A stretch of DNA of 51,572 nt, taken from NCBI RefSeq assembly GCF_035615515.1, contig NZ_JAJENT010000802.1, positions 1 to 51,572 of the forward strand. Reading direction: 5' to 3'. The DNA comes from Phormidium sp. CCY1219 (lineage in GTDB: Bacteria > Cyanobacteriota > Cyanobacteriia > Cyanobacteriales > Laspinemataceae). A model generated the notes under the pieces. That model was given only the letters and a program-made list of their open reading frames with translations. It was not told where the DNA came from and did no database searches. Below are positions 28,301 to 37,395 of the stretch, in pieces. The first letter of the stretch is position 1. Each line of letters begins with the position of its first letter. A program made the position numbers and the translations under genes.

Positions 28301-29843
28301 TTTCAGCGCGATCGCTAACGATTAACCCTCCCGTGTTGATGGTAATGTTACCTGCTTCTCCGGTTGCATTTGGCGCAACAAAAGCGGCTATTCTGCTCCG
28401 ATTTAATTCTCCACGGGGATTGGTAATGCCGCCACTGATTTCCAGCAATCCTGTATTTTCAATAGTCAAATTTCCGGCATTTCCACTGGCTGATGTGGAG
28501 GTAGAAATCACAGCGCCGTTCAGAATGGTTAAGCGATCGCTGCGAATGGTGATATCTCCCGCAGTTCCCGTTGCTGGAATGGGATCGATCCGCCGGAGTG
28601 CAACAATACTTAACAAGCTGCTCGGGCCGACTGGAGAAGCTCCGCTTAATTCTATTTCGCCAGCGTTAATCTCTAAATTTCCACCCCGTCCTCCAGCATA
28701 GGTACTGGTCGAAATTTGTGCGCCATTTCGGACTGTTAAGCGATCGGCTTCAATTGTTAAATTGCCAGCATCACCCGCTCCTTCCGTTTGATTGAATAAA
28801 CCGGCTGCCAGTGGAGGTGGAGGTTCTGCACCCGCTGGAATATTGGGAGGAATTGGTCGTGGTAAAAAACCACTCACTTCGATTTCTCTTCCTTGAATGG
28901 TTACATCTTGTCCCGGTGCGAAACCATAGGTGCTACTGGTAATTCCTGAATTTTCCACAATCAGGCGATCGCCGCGCACTTGAATCGCACCCCCTCCCCC
29001 GCGTGCATTGGGAAACATTGGCGGCAAACTGCTGGCATCTACCACAGAATTATTGATAACTTGAATGTTACCAAACTGTTCTATTTCCTGATAAGACAAT
29101 GAAAATCCTGTCTCTGCGGGGGCTAAATTGACGGTGCCATTCACCACACCACCCAGTTCGATTCGTCCTTCTAATGCGGCGAGGTTCCCATTATTTAAAC
29201 TAACCTCTCCCCCCACCAAACCCAACGTTTGTCCCGGCGCAACAGCCAACCCTAACGGCGCACCAATGCTATTGACGGGAAATTGTTCGGGAGTTGCTTG
29301 GGATTGATTGATGATTCTGCCGGTATTGCTCTCAAATTGTAATTCTGTAGGAATGCTAATGGTTAAAATGGGTGTAGTTGTGGCAAGGTCGGTGCTAAAC
29401 AAGCTACCATCGGCAAACCCAATCCGATTGGCGGTAGTTGCTAAAAACGATCCACCGATTCGTAATTGAGCGTTGGGTCCAAAAATAATCCCATTGGAAT
29501 TGATTAAAAATAAGTTTGCAAACCCATTGGCACTCAAAATTCCATCTATATTTGAGATTGAATCTCCGGTGATGCGAGAAAAGATATTTTGGATGGCGGG
29601 AGAATTGTTAAAAAAAGCGCTGCCATTAGTGGGGATAGAAAATTCCTGGAAGCTATGGAAGAGATTGCCGCCTCGGATGGTTCCCCCGTTAATCTCGAAG
29701 CGGTTCCCGTCAGAATTGATGAGGGAATTGTCGGGAAGGGTGGTATCGGGGACAATTTGAGGAAATGCTGGAGTAGCGATCGCTACAATCGCTAGAGAAA
29801 AACCGCTCAAAAACCAGCACCCTGAAAACGCATTGGGTTTCAT
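25311..29843 (-). CDS. two-partner-secretion protein carrying both a TpsA-type TPS (haemagglutination-activity) domain with beta-helix passenger and a C-terminal TpsB (ShlB/FhaC-type POTRA + beta-barrel)
   Basis: Signal peptide. TPS domain NGGTIRGGNLFHSFQEFSI..NIFSRITGDSISNIDGILSANGFANLFLINSNGIIFGPNAQL. Long Gly/Asn-rich beta-helix repeats. POTRA (LTFTELQEAAEAIATFYEQQGYI..), then a beta-barrel ending ..YFSVRWNPF. Confidence 0.8.
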   Translation of the reverse strand: MKPNAFSGCWFLSGFSLAIVAIATPAFPQIVPDTTLPDNSLINSDGNRFEINGGTIRGGNLFHSFQEFSIPTNGSAFFNNSPAIQNIFSRITGDSISNIDGILSANGFANLFLINSNGIIFGPNAQLRIGGSFLATTANRIGFADGSLFSTDLATTTPILTISIPTELQFESNTGRIINQSQATPEQFPVNSIGAPLGLAVAPGQTLGLVGGEVSLNNGNLAALEGRIELGGVVNGTVNLAPAETGFSLSYQEIEQFGNIQVINNSVVDASSLPPMFPNARGGGGAIQVRGDRLIVENSGITSSTYGFAPGQDVTIQGREIEVSGFLPRPIPPNIPAGAEPPPPLAAGLFNQTEGAGDAGNLTIEADRLTVRNGAQISTSTYAGGRGGNLEINAGEIELSGASPVGPSSLLSIVALRRIDPIPATGTAGDITIRSDRLTILNGAVISTSTSASGNAGNLTIENTGLLEISGGITNPRGELNRSRIAAFVAPNATGEAGNITINTGGLIVSDRAEITALTTGTSTGGNININTRNLTVLEGGQISVLTVGSGRGGILNLNASETLELLGTDADGLPSGAVSQSRPDPRVPVAQLGDAGDITVSADRVIVGDGAAISSDTFGNGQGGSVIINADSVEVTGRSAIPPTEPLPSRDPDGLLPSRITVITTGTGNAGSLSITTEQLNIEDRAKVAVDAALGGGAAGNLQIISPEFRLETGRLTAETASGEGGNVIVESDNMFLRRQSEISTTAGTANLPGNGGNININTEIIAALENSDISANAFDGSGGVINITAEGIFGLEPRSREELENVLDADLSQFDPTIDLPDTSDITAISRTDPTLSGQIALNTPDIDPSRGVVELEDEIVDVASLVDRDPCRIVQNSEFVQTGKGGIPASPTDPLTPREGWEDWRVLQLEETPATEEPLPNTPSPVPPRRILKIEATGMRINDRGELELIAPDAATPLTNQSSLSPGCLSAQQPKTLVTTPVASVPETLTVARFELRDSSALSPEQLAAITEPYTNRNLTFTELQEAAEAIATFYEQQGYIGSGAFLPPQIVRDRVVTIQAIENRLEDIRVIGNSRLTNQYATYVRNRLGLNPGDIVNTDTLLESLYLLQFDPRLETISAELAAGIEPDTSFLAVSVEKARFFSPQLAIDNGRSPSVGSLRRQAQLTQYNLLGLGDIATFNYANTDGSNNLDFGYALPLTPNNGTLTFRYSTGDSKIVEPPFDEVDIEANSRTYELSYRQPIIQRIIPKSPNQSLQDASNLIRTELALGITASRRESETSLLGVDFPLSPGANNNGETRVSAIRFFQDALWQDSQQIFAARSEFSLGVGWFDATVNDNEPDSRFLAWRGQGQWVRRLDGLGVTGGTDPLLILRGDIQLATNSLLPLEQFSVGGFNSVRGYRQDALLVDNGAFASVELQYPIVQFPQLQGSLQVIPFVDLGVGWNWDEGDRANPDKNTLLSTGLGLQLQLGNDFSARLDWGLPLVEIDSRDRTWQENGVYFSVRWNPF

Positions 29844-29949
29844 GTCGAATCGAATTAAAAAACTGTTCTAATTTTAGGATATTTTAATTGAAACGTACAA
29901 CAGACAATAGAAGATCGATTCCCCATGATTCAGGAGCGGATCCCCCCAA

Positions 29950-29998
29950 CCCCCCTTTTTAAGGGGGGCTTAGGTGTTTCCCCCCTTAAAAAGGGGGG
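29950..29998. terminator. twin C6/G6 hairpins (cccccc-tttttaa-gggggg and cccccc-ttaaaaa-gggggg) downstream of the Uma2 gene and upstream of the TPS gene
   Basis: 29950-29968 and 29980-29998 each form a 6-bp G:C stem with a 7-nt A/T loop. Confidence 0.4.
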
Positions 29999-30122
29999 AC
30001 GAAGGGGGGATCTTAACTGTTTCGTCGTTAAAGAAAAATGGGATCGGGACATTTTGGCAACAAAAAAGCGATCGCCTGTGACATATTTTCCTCCAAAAGT
30101 TTCTTGGCGATCGCTGACAAAG

Positions 30123-30797
30123 TTACACCGGTTCCGGGTCAATCCCTAATTCCCGCAGTCGCGCCTCCAACTGTTGGATGCGCTGTTGCGCTGCTTGCGC
30201 TTGTTGTTCTGCCTCTTGCGCTCGGCGATCGAGTTCGATGGGAGTTAAAAATCGTCGTCCATCGGGACGATAAATTTCCAATCCGCTTTCGGTCATTTCA
30301 AAGCGAATTCCCAGACGCGGTGACACCCACCCATTCATCTCTTCAATAACCGTTAATTTATTGTCAGAACGCTGCCAGCCGTTTAAATCGATGCGTTCTG
30401 GATCGTAGAGATAATACTCTTCTACCCCATAGCGATCGTAAAATTGCAATTTTTTCGCCATTTCCTTCAAAGTGTTGCCGGGGGATAAGACTTCAAACAC
30501 CACTTGCGGGGGGATATCCTCCTCTTCCCATTGTTTGTAAGAGCCTCTTTTGCCTTTAGGACGGCCAAACACCACCAAGGCATCGGGAGCTTGACAAAGT
30601 TTATTCTTTCCCTCCACAGGATACCATAGCAAATCCCCGGCTACAAAAACATCGGCATTGTCAGCAAACAGGATTTCTAAATTTTCTTTAATGACGACAA
30701 TCCAAGTAAACTGCTCGGTGTTTTCTGCCATTGGTTTGCCGTCACTTTCGGGATAGATAATCTCTGACTTTGGGGAAGCTTCAAGTTTTTGGCTCAT
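30123..30797 (-). CDS. Uma2-family (DUF820) putative endonuclease
   Basis: 224 aa. ..YPESDGKPMAEN..DLLWYPVEG..PDALVVFG..QVVFEVLSP.. is typical Uma2 (PD-(D/E)xK-like), and it ends in a coiled-coil tail. Confidence 0.85.
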   Translation of the reverse strand: MSQKLEASPKSEIIYPESDGKPMAENTEQFTWIVVIKENLEILFADNADVFVAGDLLWYPVEGKNKLCQAPDALVVFGRPKGKRGSYKQWEEEDIPPQVVFEVLSPGNTLKEMAKKLQFYDRYGVEEYYLYDPERIDLNGWQRSDNKLTVIEEMNGWVSPRLGIRFEMTESGLEIYRPDGRRFLTPIELDRRAQEAEQQAQAAQQRIQQLEARLRELGIDPEPV

Positions 30798-30951
30798 ACC
30801 GCGTTATGCCTCCAGCGCTTTCCATTCCGATTTTAGTGTATCATAGGCGGCCTTCAAGTATGGTAGGGTGGGCAGTAACCTGCCCACCCTACATTTAGAG
30901 TTTATGTGTAACTCCCGAAAAAGCGATCGCTCGTTTTACCCCCCTTTGATT

Positions 30952-33900
30952 TTAAGGTAAAGCTTCTACAGTAACCTCTACGAATCCAGCACTTCCTCCC
31001 GAACCGGAACCGGAATTCAATACTGTCGGTTCTCCATCAATAATCGCAGCAGAAATCCAGTCATTCGTTCCCGCTATCCGATACCACAAGGAGCTAGACT
31101 GTCCTAACTCTGCGGAATAATCCACAAAGTCACCTTCCGTCCATTTGTCAAAGGTTAAGTTCGTTCCGTAGGGATATTCATTAACTTTTGGAAAACTGGT
31201 TCCTGGGCCAGAACGGACATTCGCCCCAATGGTTGATAGGGTACTTCCGGTAAAGTTAACTGTTTCCCATGATAGATCGAACTCTGCACCACCCCGTTCT
31301 TCATAAAAGTCCGCATAGACTTCATAAACTCCATCTTCAGGAACGGTAAAATCAACGACTTTAGCCCCGCCATATTGTTGTTGCCATTGATTTTGTGGCG
31401 TCATGTAAACCCATTCATTCGTGGTCTTATTTTTCGCGAGTAGCTGGAATCCATCATCCCCGCGTACAAATGCGCGATAGTGGCGACCCGCTTCTAGATT
31501 TTCTTCCGTATAGGCGCGAATGGCAAAGTTATTATCGGGCAAGCGCACATCATTTAACGCCGCAGATTCTCCCCAATTAAAGCTAATCCCTTTTTTACCA
31601 TCAGTGCGAGTATCCGATCCTAAATTAACCACACCGATCGCATTGGTCGGATCTCCACCATTGGCAAAGTAATCTCCCGCCGGTTGATTTCCCAGTTTGC
31701 GATCCCACCAGTAGAATGTGGAGTGCCATTCTGGGGATGGGTTCACTGCATCTTGGAAAAATTGAGCTTCTTCTACTGTAAAGTCAACCACACTATCAAT
31801 CCCTAGCTCGTAATAATCCACATAGAAATCATACTCGCCAGTTTCCGGTACTTTAAAGAAAATGGTTCGAGAAGGCATAGTTGTCTCGCGAGGACGCCAA
31901 TCGGCACCATCTCCTCCTAAGACGACACTATCATCAATCCATTCCCCTGTTTCAACGTTCTTAACCCGGAACCAGACGCCATCATCAGATTGCGTGGTAA
32001 TTTTATACAATTGGCCGGCTTCAAACGTAGTGCGCGTCCAAGCTTCCATTGCAAAATCATCATTTTGCACAGCACTATCGGGACTACCAGTATCCCAATC
32101 TTTGAACAAACTTAGCTTGCCATTTTGAGATTGATTTCCTAGATCGAGAATGGCTGCGGGATTGGTGAAATCGTAGGTACTGCGATCGCTGACATTTTCA
32201 GGAGTGCGATTAATAAACCGGGCATTCCAGTGGGTTGTGGGGATGGCATAGTTGGCAATTTCCACCGTTCCACTCTCATCGGTTCCGATCGTATAAGCAT
32301 CGTCTGCGGTAAGCGTCAGTTCTACTGTTTCATCTTCTTCGTCGAAGAGGGTATCGTAAATCGGATTAATATTAATCGGTGCCGAGTTTTGTCCTGCGCC
32401 AATCGTGACTGTACCTGTTAGCGGTTGATAGTCTTCTCCATTGGTAGCACTACCAGCGATCGCATAATTCACCGTCAGCGGATTTTTGGTATTCCCGGTG
32501 CGCGTTACGGTAAATTGACCTGGAGTGCCATCTTCTGACGCATTGGGTTGCGTCGCAGCAATGGTAACGGTGGGAGGAGTACCGTACAAATTCAGTTGCC
32601 ATGACAACCATTCCCCTTCGATTTGATTGCCTTTTTCGTCGTACACCTCTAACGTCCATTCTCCCAGAGAAGATTCACCCCAATGATGAATTGAGGTAAA
32701 TGTCCAGTGATTCGATCCGGGGTGAACTTCGTAGGTTTTGCCAATCCCATAAGGATCGTCGGGAATCGAGTTCATCAAGCGGGATTCGGTGCCATCGGGG
32801 GACTTGAGAACGATGGTTAAGTCTTTCCAGTCTGCATGGTCGATATCAACCAAAACCTCTGCATGTTCCACGGTGATATCTTTGGCGATGGAGATGGAAT
32901 CCGCCAGTGCTTCGTTATCTCGGATTTCACTGAGGACATTTTTCAGTTTATTCTTGCCGCTGACTTTGATTTCTTCTCCCACTGTGGTCCAATCTTTCGC
33001 CGCCGTCACCGCCGCTACCGGATCTACTGCACCAAATCCATAGTGCTCATTGATGTGATATCCTCCGCCATTCTGCTGCCAATCGGGATGAGTGTTATCG
33101 GTTTTATAGGCGGTTTTGGCGAGGATATGCTGCACGTCTCGTGAGGTTAAATTGGGATTGGCTTCTAACATTAAGGCAATCACACCGGAAACAAACGGTG
33201 CCGCCGCCGATGTGCCGCCAAAGTCAGTCACCCTGCGCTGATTGAGTGCGATCGCAGTGGTGGTAATTCCCTCTCCATCCCCAGTTCCACTATCAGAGTA
33301 TGCTACCACAAATGGTGCTTGGGTGCTATATTCCGAAAGAATGCCTTCGCGAGAAATGGCACCGACAGGAATTACGGCGCGAGAATTGGCTAAATTATTG
33401 TAGTTGACATGACCAATTTCTGCGCCATCATTTCCCACGGAGAATACATAATTATTCCCTAGTCCATTTCGACCGAATTTAAACCCAGAGTCTAAGGCAG
33501 CGATCGCCAGGGGAAGTTGCCGCATATATTGCGGCCCCCAGCTATTATTAAACACATCAATTTCCTGGTTGCGATTTAGGCGTTCTTCGGACTGTTTTGC
33601 ATCAAACAAGGCATCGGCGATCGTATAACCTTGAGAATCATAGCTATAGTTCACGGGGTCGATACTTCCAATCAGCCTAAGCGCGGCAAATTCCGCTTCT
33701 GGCGCAACTCCAAACACTCTATTTCCGCCTGCTTTACCCACTCCTGTCACTAAAGTGCCATGAGGATTTGCAACTTCCAGTTCCACCGACCAAGACTTTA
33801 TTTGATTGGTAATCTGTTGGAGGAATTTTGGTGGATTTTTGTGGTAAGCATCCACGGAAATTTCTAAGTACCACAATCCCGCAGCATAAGTGCCTTCAAA

Positions 33901-36696
33901 CCAATTATCTAACGATAAGTTTACCGATTGGCTGCCTTCCTGAACCCCTAACTTTTTGAATTGGGTTGCGCGAGAGTCCTCCCACCCCGGAAAACTCCAC
34001 CAATAACCTGCAAAAGATTGCCAGTCAAATGGGTCTTTTTCGGTGTGAGTGGGACTGTACAACCGAAACTCTGCCTCGTCAAGAGATAATGGTTTTTTGC
34101 CCTTGAACTCTAAGTTAAAATTCGTATCCATTACCAGTCCAGTTAAATTAACCGGAACGGGTAACAACACCCGATTGCCATCGATAACGGGTTTGCCAAC
34201 ATCTCCCTCAAATCGCTGTTGCGATCGCGGGGATGGATCGGCATCGAGATCGGTAAAATCCCAACTTATATTGGGGTTATACCGAGGAAGCAATTCGGGA
34301 TGTCCATAATAGACCCCATCGTCCACAATCCCGATCGTTGCATTTCTACCTCTGATGGGTAAATTCGTCACTGGATCGATGATTTCCCAGGCATCAGTAA
34401 CACTAGAAGAAGCGCTGGAATTGATATCTGACCACAAGTTCCAGTGATCCTTAAACCAATCCTCCGATAGGGTACTCATCAATTTCATGGGAACCGGCAC
34501 CTCTGGATAGGCAAATTCCACTCCGTCGAGTTCGGCGAGGAGATTGGCGATATATTCCGGAGTGGTTTTCGGTTTTGACCCTTCGGCAAATTCCCATATA
34601 TAAGTATTGGGAATCTGGCCCGTTTCTCCCAAATTCACCGCACCCACTGATGCGGCTAGTTCCTCCGCCGATTCCCCCGGCGTGACCCACACTACCCATT
34701 CCCGAGTGTCGGCTAATTCTTCAGCGGTGTAGCGATTCAAATTGGCGGCACCAGCAATATCTAATTTCAGTTCTTCTGATAATCCTTCTCTACCAGGATC
34801 GGTAATGACGGCAAAGTTTTCAGTGGCAATATTGCTTTCCGCACCTTGTTTATCCCAAGCAATGGCTCGCAGTTCGTAGCTACCCGGTTCTAAACTGCTC
34901 AATTCGTAACTAAAGGCAAACCGACTCGTTCCACTACTGCCCGGAGTGAACTCCGTCACTTCCCCGACATCCAACCACGCCCCGCCGATTTTACGCATGG
35001 AAAATTCGATGCGATCGAGATCGCTGATGCCATCGGCATCGAAAACTTTACCGCCTTCAAAACTCAGGGTTTCGCCGTTCGTATAAAGGGGGAAAATACT
35101 AAAGCGCAACTCTCCCGGAACCGAGTTGGGTAACTCGCCGCCTAAGCTGGGTGTCATTGGTGGCACTACGGGCAGAATGACTTCGGGTCTTTTCTCCGTC
35201 GGTGGGGAAACCGGTGGTTTATCTTCCGGTGACCCCTGGGGTGCGGGTTTTTCTGGAGTCTGTGGTGGCGCATCCACAATGGTAACTTTTTCGATCGCTA
35301 CGTTACTGGATTTGCCTGCCAAATCGTAGGCGATCGCTCTTACTTTGTACTCACCCGCCCCTAACTCCTCGTTCCACTGATAGCTAAAGTTAGCAACAGT
35401 ATCGTCTGAAGCTTTCGCCGCGAAGTTCGTCACCGAATCGATTTCCCTCCATCCTTCCCCTGGAGTTTGCAAGAACAATTCCACGCGCTGAATATCCTCA
35501 AACCCATTGCGATCTCTCACACTTCCGGCGATCGCTGTCGGTGCCCCTAACGAATCTGTTTCAACAATCCCAAACTCTAATTTTTTCGGCGGAATATTGT
35601 TATTTCCCGGTGTAGCGCTCTCCGGAACCTGGATTTCTGGCGTCGGAGTTGGTTGCGGCTGATTGTTTTCCTCGGTTTCCGATGTGGGTTCCTCGGTTTC
35701 CGATGTGGGTTCCTCGGTTTCTGGTGTCGGTTCCTCGGTTTCTGGTGTCGGTTCCTCGGTTTCCGATGTGGGTTCCTCGGTTTCTGGTGTCGGTTCCTCT
35801 ATTGCGGGTTGAGGGGCGATCGCATCTTCTGGATCTTTCTCTACATAAATAACGATATCTTTTGTATTGCCATCGTTATCCTGCTTTCCTCCTTCTCGTT
35901 CCAGGGTGAAAAGCGTCCCTTCTTCAGTTTCCTGTTGCCGAAAATGGAAACCGCCACCAGAATTCGTATCTAGGGAAAACACCGGACGATTGTTGCCATT
36001 CAGTTTATTCGGATTGTCGAATACCTCCTGAATCGTTCCTTTCGGAACCATCATCAATCCAAACTTATCCCCGGCTTCCATCGAGAAAGTCTGGCTGGTG
36101 CGATATTTTACCCCGTCTAACTCTTCATTTAACTGATTTTCCCAAGGGAAACTGCCGCTGACAGAGGAGGGTTGACTTGACTGAGAAATTAACTGTTGTC
36201 CCAAATGGGAATTACTCAATACTCGTCGGGCTACTTCTTGAGAGTAAGCGGCTGAATCCGGGGCGAATTGTTCCATCCCCTTCAGACTAAACAAGCCAAT
36301 TTCGCGATCGTGCTTATCCGCGTAGGCAATCTCGACTTTTACTTCTGTATCCTTCGTTACCACAGAACCGGGTTTTAGGGGCGATCCCGTAATCGGATCG
36401 ATGTTCAGGGTATAAGCCGTATCGCCATCGCGTCGCAGAATTTCCAGGGAATAGTCTCCGGGCAATAAATCGTTGAGGGTAATGACACCCGCTGCATCGG
36501 TGAGTGTTGATGTCCGCAGAATTGTCCCCGCCGCATTGCGAAGCACCATTTCCACATCGCTTTCCAATCCAGTTACACCCAATCTCCAACTCCCCACTTC
36601 TCCCACTTGAAACAGGTAATTATCCTCGGGGTAGAGAGCGAGTACCGAGTCGCTGTAGTTGTAGTTATTTGTCAGTAAACCCAAGTCGATTGACAT
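30952..36696 (-). CDS. giant multidomain subtilisin/kexin-like S8 protease: N-terminal PPC-like and DUF4114-like domains, PT-rich linker, S8 domain, P-domain, Calx-beta, two PA14-like domains, SH3b
   Basis: S8 Ser motif GGTSAAAPFVSGVIALM. P-domain DITVEHAEVLVDIDHADWKDLTIVLKSPDGTESRLM. Calx-beta TVTIAATQPNASEDG..VELTLT. PA14-like GQLYKITTQSDDGVWFRV / RHYRAFVRGDDGFQLL. SH3b ANVRSGPGTSFPKVNEYPYGTNLTF. There is no obvious signal peptide. Confidence 0.85.
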   Translation of the reverse strand: MSIDLGLLTNNYNYSDSVLALYPEDNYLFQVGEVGSWRLGVTGLESDVEMVLRNAAGTILRTSTLTDAAGVITLNDLLPGDYSLEILRRDGDTAYTLNIDPITGSPLKPGSVVTKDTEVKVEIAYADKHDREIGLFSLKGMEQFAPDSAAYSQEVARRVLSNSHLGQQLISQSSQPSSVSGSFPWENQLNEELDGVKYRTSQTFSMEAGDKFGLMMVPKGTIQEVFDNPNKLNGNNRPVFSLDTNSGGGFHFRQQETEEGTLFTLEREGGKQDNDGNTKDIVIYVEKDPEDAIAPQPAIEEPTPETEEPTSETEEPTPETEEPTPETEEPTSETEEPTSETEENNQPQPTPTPEIQVPESATPGNNNIPPKKLEFGIVETDSLGAPTAIAGSVRDRNGFEDIQRVELFLQTPGEGWREIDSVTNFAAKASDDTVANFSYQWNEELGAGEYKVRAIAYDLAGKSSNVAIEKVTIVDAPPQTPEKPAPQGSPEDKPPVSPPTEKRPEVILPVVPPMTPSLGGELPNSVPGELRFSIFPLYTNGETLSFEGGKVFDADGISDLDRIEFSMRKIGGAWLDVGEVTEFTPGSSGTSRFAFSYELSSLEPGSYELRAIAWDKQGAESNIATENFAVITDPGREGLSEELKLDIAGAANLNRYTAEELADTREWVVWVTPGESAEELAASVGAVNLGETGQIPNTYIWEFAEGSKPKTTPEYIANLLAELDGVEFAYPEVPVPMKLMSTLSEDWFKDHWNLWSDINSSASSSVTDAWEIIDPVTNLPIRGRNATIGIVDDGVYYGHPELLPRYNPNISWDFTDLDADPSPRSQQRFEGDVGKPVIDGNRVLLPVPVNLTGLVMDTNFNLEFKGKKPLSLDEAEFRLYSPTHTEKDPFDWQSFAGYWWSFPGWEDSRATQFKKLGVQEGSQSVNLSLDNWFEGTYAAGLWYLEISVDAYHKNPPKFLQQITNQIKSWSVELEVANPHGTLVTGVGKAGGNRVFGVAPEAEFAALRLIGSIDPVNYSYDSQGYTIADALFDAKQSEERLNRNQEIDVFNNSWGPQYMRQLPLAIAALDSGFKFGRNGLGNNYVFSVGNDGAEIGHVNYNNLANSRAVIPVGAISREGILSEYSTQAPFVVAYSDSGTGDGEGITTTAIALNQRRVTDFGGTSAAAPFVSGVIALMLEANPNLTSRDVQHILAKTAYKTDNTHPDWQQNGGGYHINEHYGFGAVDPVAAVTAAKDWTTVGEEIKVSGKNKLKNVLSEIRDNEALADSISIAKDITVEHAEVLVDIDHADWKDLTIVLKSPDGTESRLMNSIPDDPYGIGKTYEVHPGSNHWTFTSIHHWGESSLGEWTLEVYDEKGNQIEGEWLSWQLNLYGTPPTVTIAATQPNASEDGTPGQFTVTRTGNTKNPLTVNYAIAGSATNGEDYQPLTGTVTIGAGQNSAPININPIYDTLFDEEDETVELTLTADDAYTIGTDESGTVEIANYAIPTTHWNARFINRTPENVSDRSTYDFTNPAAILDLGNQSQNGKLSLFKDWDTGSPDSAVQNDDFAMEAWTRTTFEAGQLYKITTQSDDGVWFRVKNVETGEWIDDSVVLGGDGADWRPRETTMPSRTIFFKVPETGEYDFYVDYYELGIDSVVDFTVEEAQFFQDAVNPSPEWHSTFYWWDRKLGNQPAGDYFANGGDPTNAIGVVNLGSDTRTDGKKGISFNWGESAALNDVRLPDNNFAIRAYTEENLEAGRHYRAFVRGDDGFQLLAKNKTTNEWVYMTPQNQWQQQYGGAKVVDFTVPEDGVYEVYADFYEERGGAEFDLSWETVNFTGSTLSTIGANVRSGPGTSFPKVNEYPYGTNLTFDKWTEGDFVDYSAELGQSSSLWYRIAGTNDWISAAIIDGEPTVLNSGSGSGGSAGFVEVTVEALP
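35647..35810. repeat. 21-bp tandem repeat encoding the EEPT(S/P)ET heptad linker
   Basis: ggtttccgatgtgggttcctc and ggtttctggtgtcggttcctc units repeat about 7 times. Confidence 0.8.
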
Positions 36697-36920
36697 TTCT
36701 TTACTCCTGCGGTTCTATTCTCGGCTCCTCGATCGCGCAATGGATTTGCTGGCTTGGCTGTTCCACTGCTGCGAGGGCATTTCAGCGGTTGGGGCAACGA
36801 TTGTGATTCCGGAGTTGTGTTTGGGAGATTTGAGCTAATAGGTTTGACTGTTCGATTATTTTCCGATTGGAGCATAAAATAGATCTCTCAATCTGTTCTG
36901 CCGTTACCGTTGTGCATTAT

Positions 36921-36968
36921 TTCATCAAAACTTTACAAGGCAGCCTATGTTTGTAAAGTTTTGATGAA
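36921..36968. promoter_or_regulatory. 18-bp perfect inverted repeat (12-nt spacer) in the divergent promoter region between the S8 protease and the CAP protein
   Basis: ttcatcaaaactttacaa (36921-36938) is the reverse complement of ttgtaaagttttgatgaa (36951-36968). Confidence 0.5.
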
Positions 36969-37395
36969 GAAGTGGCGCAGCGAGTCCCCCGGGGTTCGCG
37001 AATCGGGCGATCGCGTCTGCTGGGGGACAAGCGGAATCTGGCTTGGTAACGTTTTCATCGGCAACCTCCCTGTCGGTTTAACTCCCTTAACCCTTTAGTG
37101 GGAAAGGCACGAACCGATTATGCAAGGCAGTTCGCCCGCCGTTTTCCGGTTCGCTATTTGCTTAGTGGGAGAGGGGATGGAAAATTATGCACGGCTGGAA
37201 AAAAATTCCTGCTGCAATCTCGAGATGTCTGCCACCCTGGGGGGCGATCGCCAATTGTGTAGCTTCGCAAACGCCTTCGCTTGGATCCATCGCCACAGTG
37301 GCTCCCAAAAATTGCGGTGGGATGGAAACCGACTGCTGCATAATTTGCCAATGTTTTCCCCAATAAATAGATAGAAGATTGCGAGGTCATTAAAT

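Noticed and set aside
26956-29795. Sense and antisense ORFs of up to 173 aa inside the TPS gene
   Set aside because: The low-complexity Gly/Asn repeat DNA yields long open frames on both strands. Only the minus-strand frame has signal peptide, TPS, POTRA and barrel signatures.
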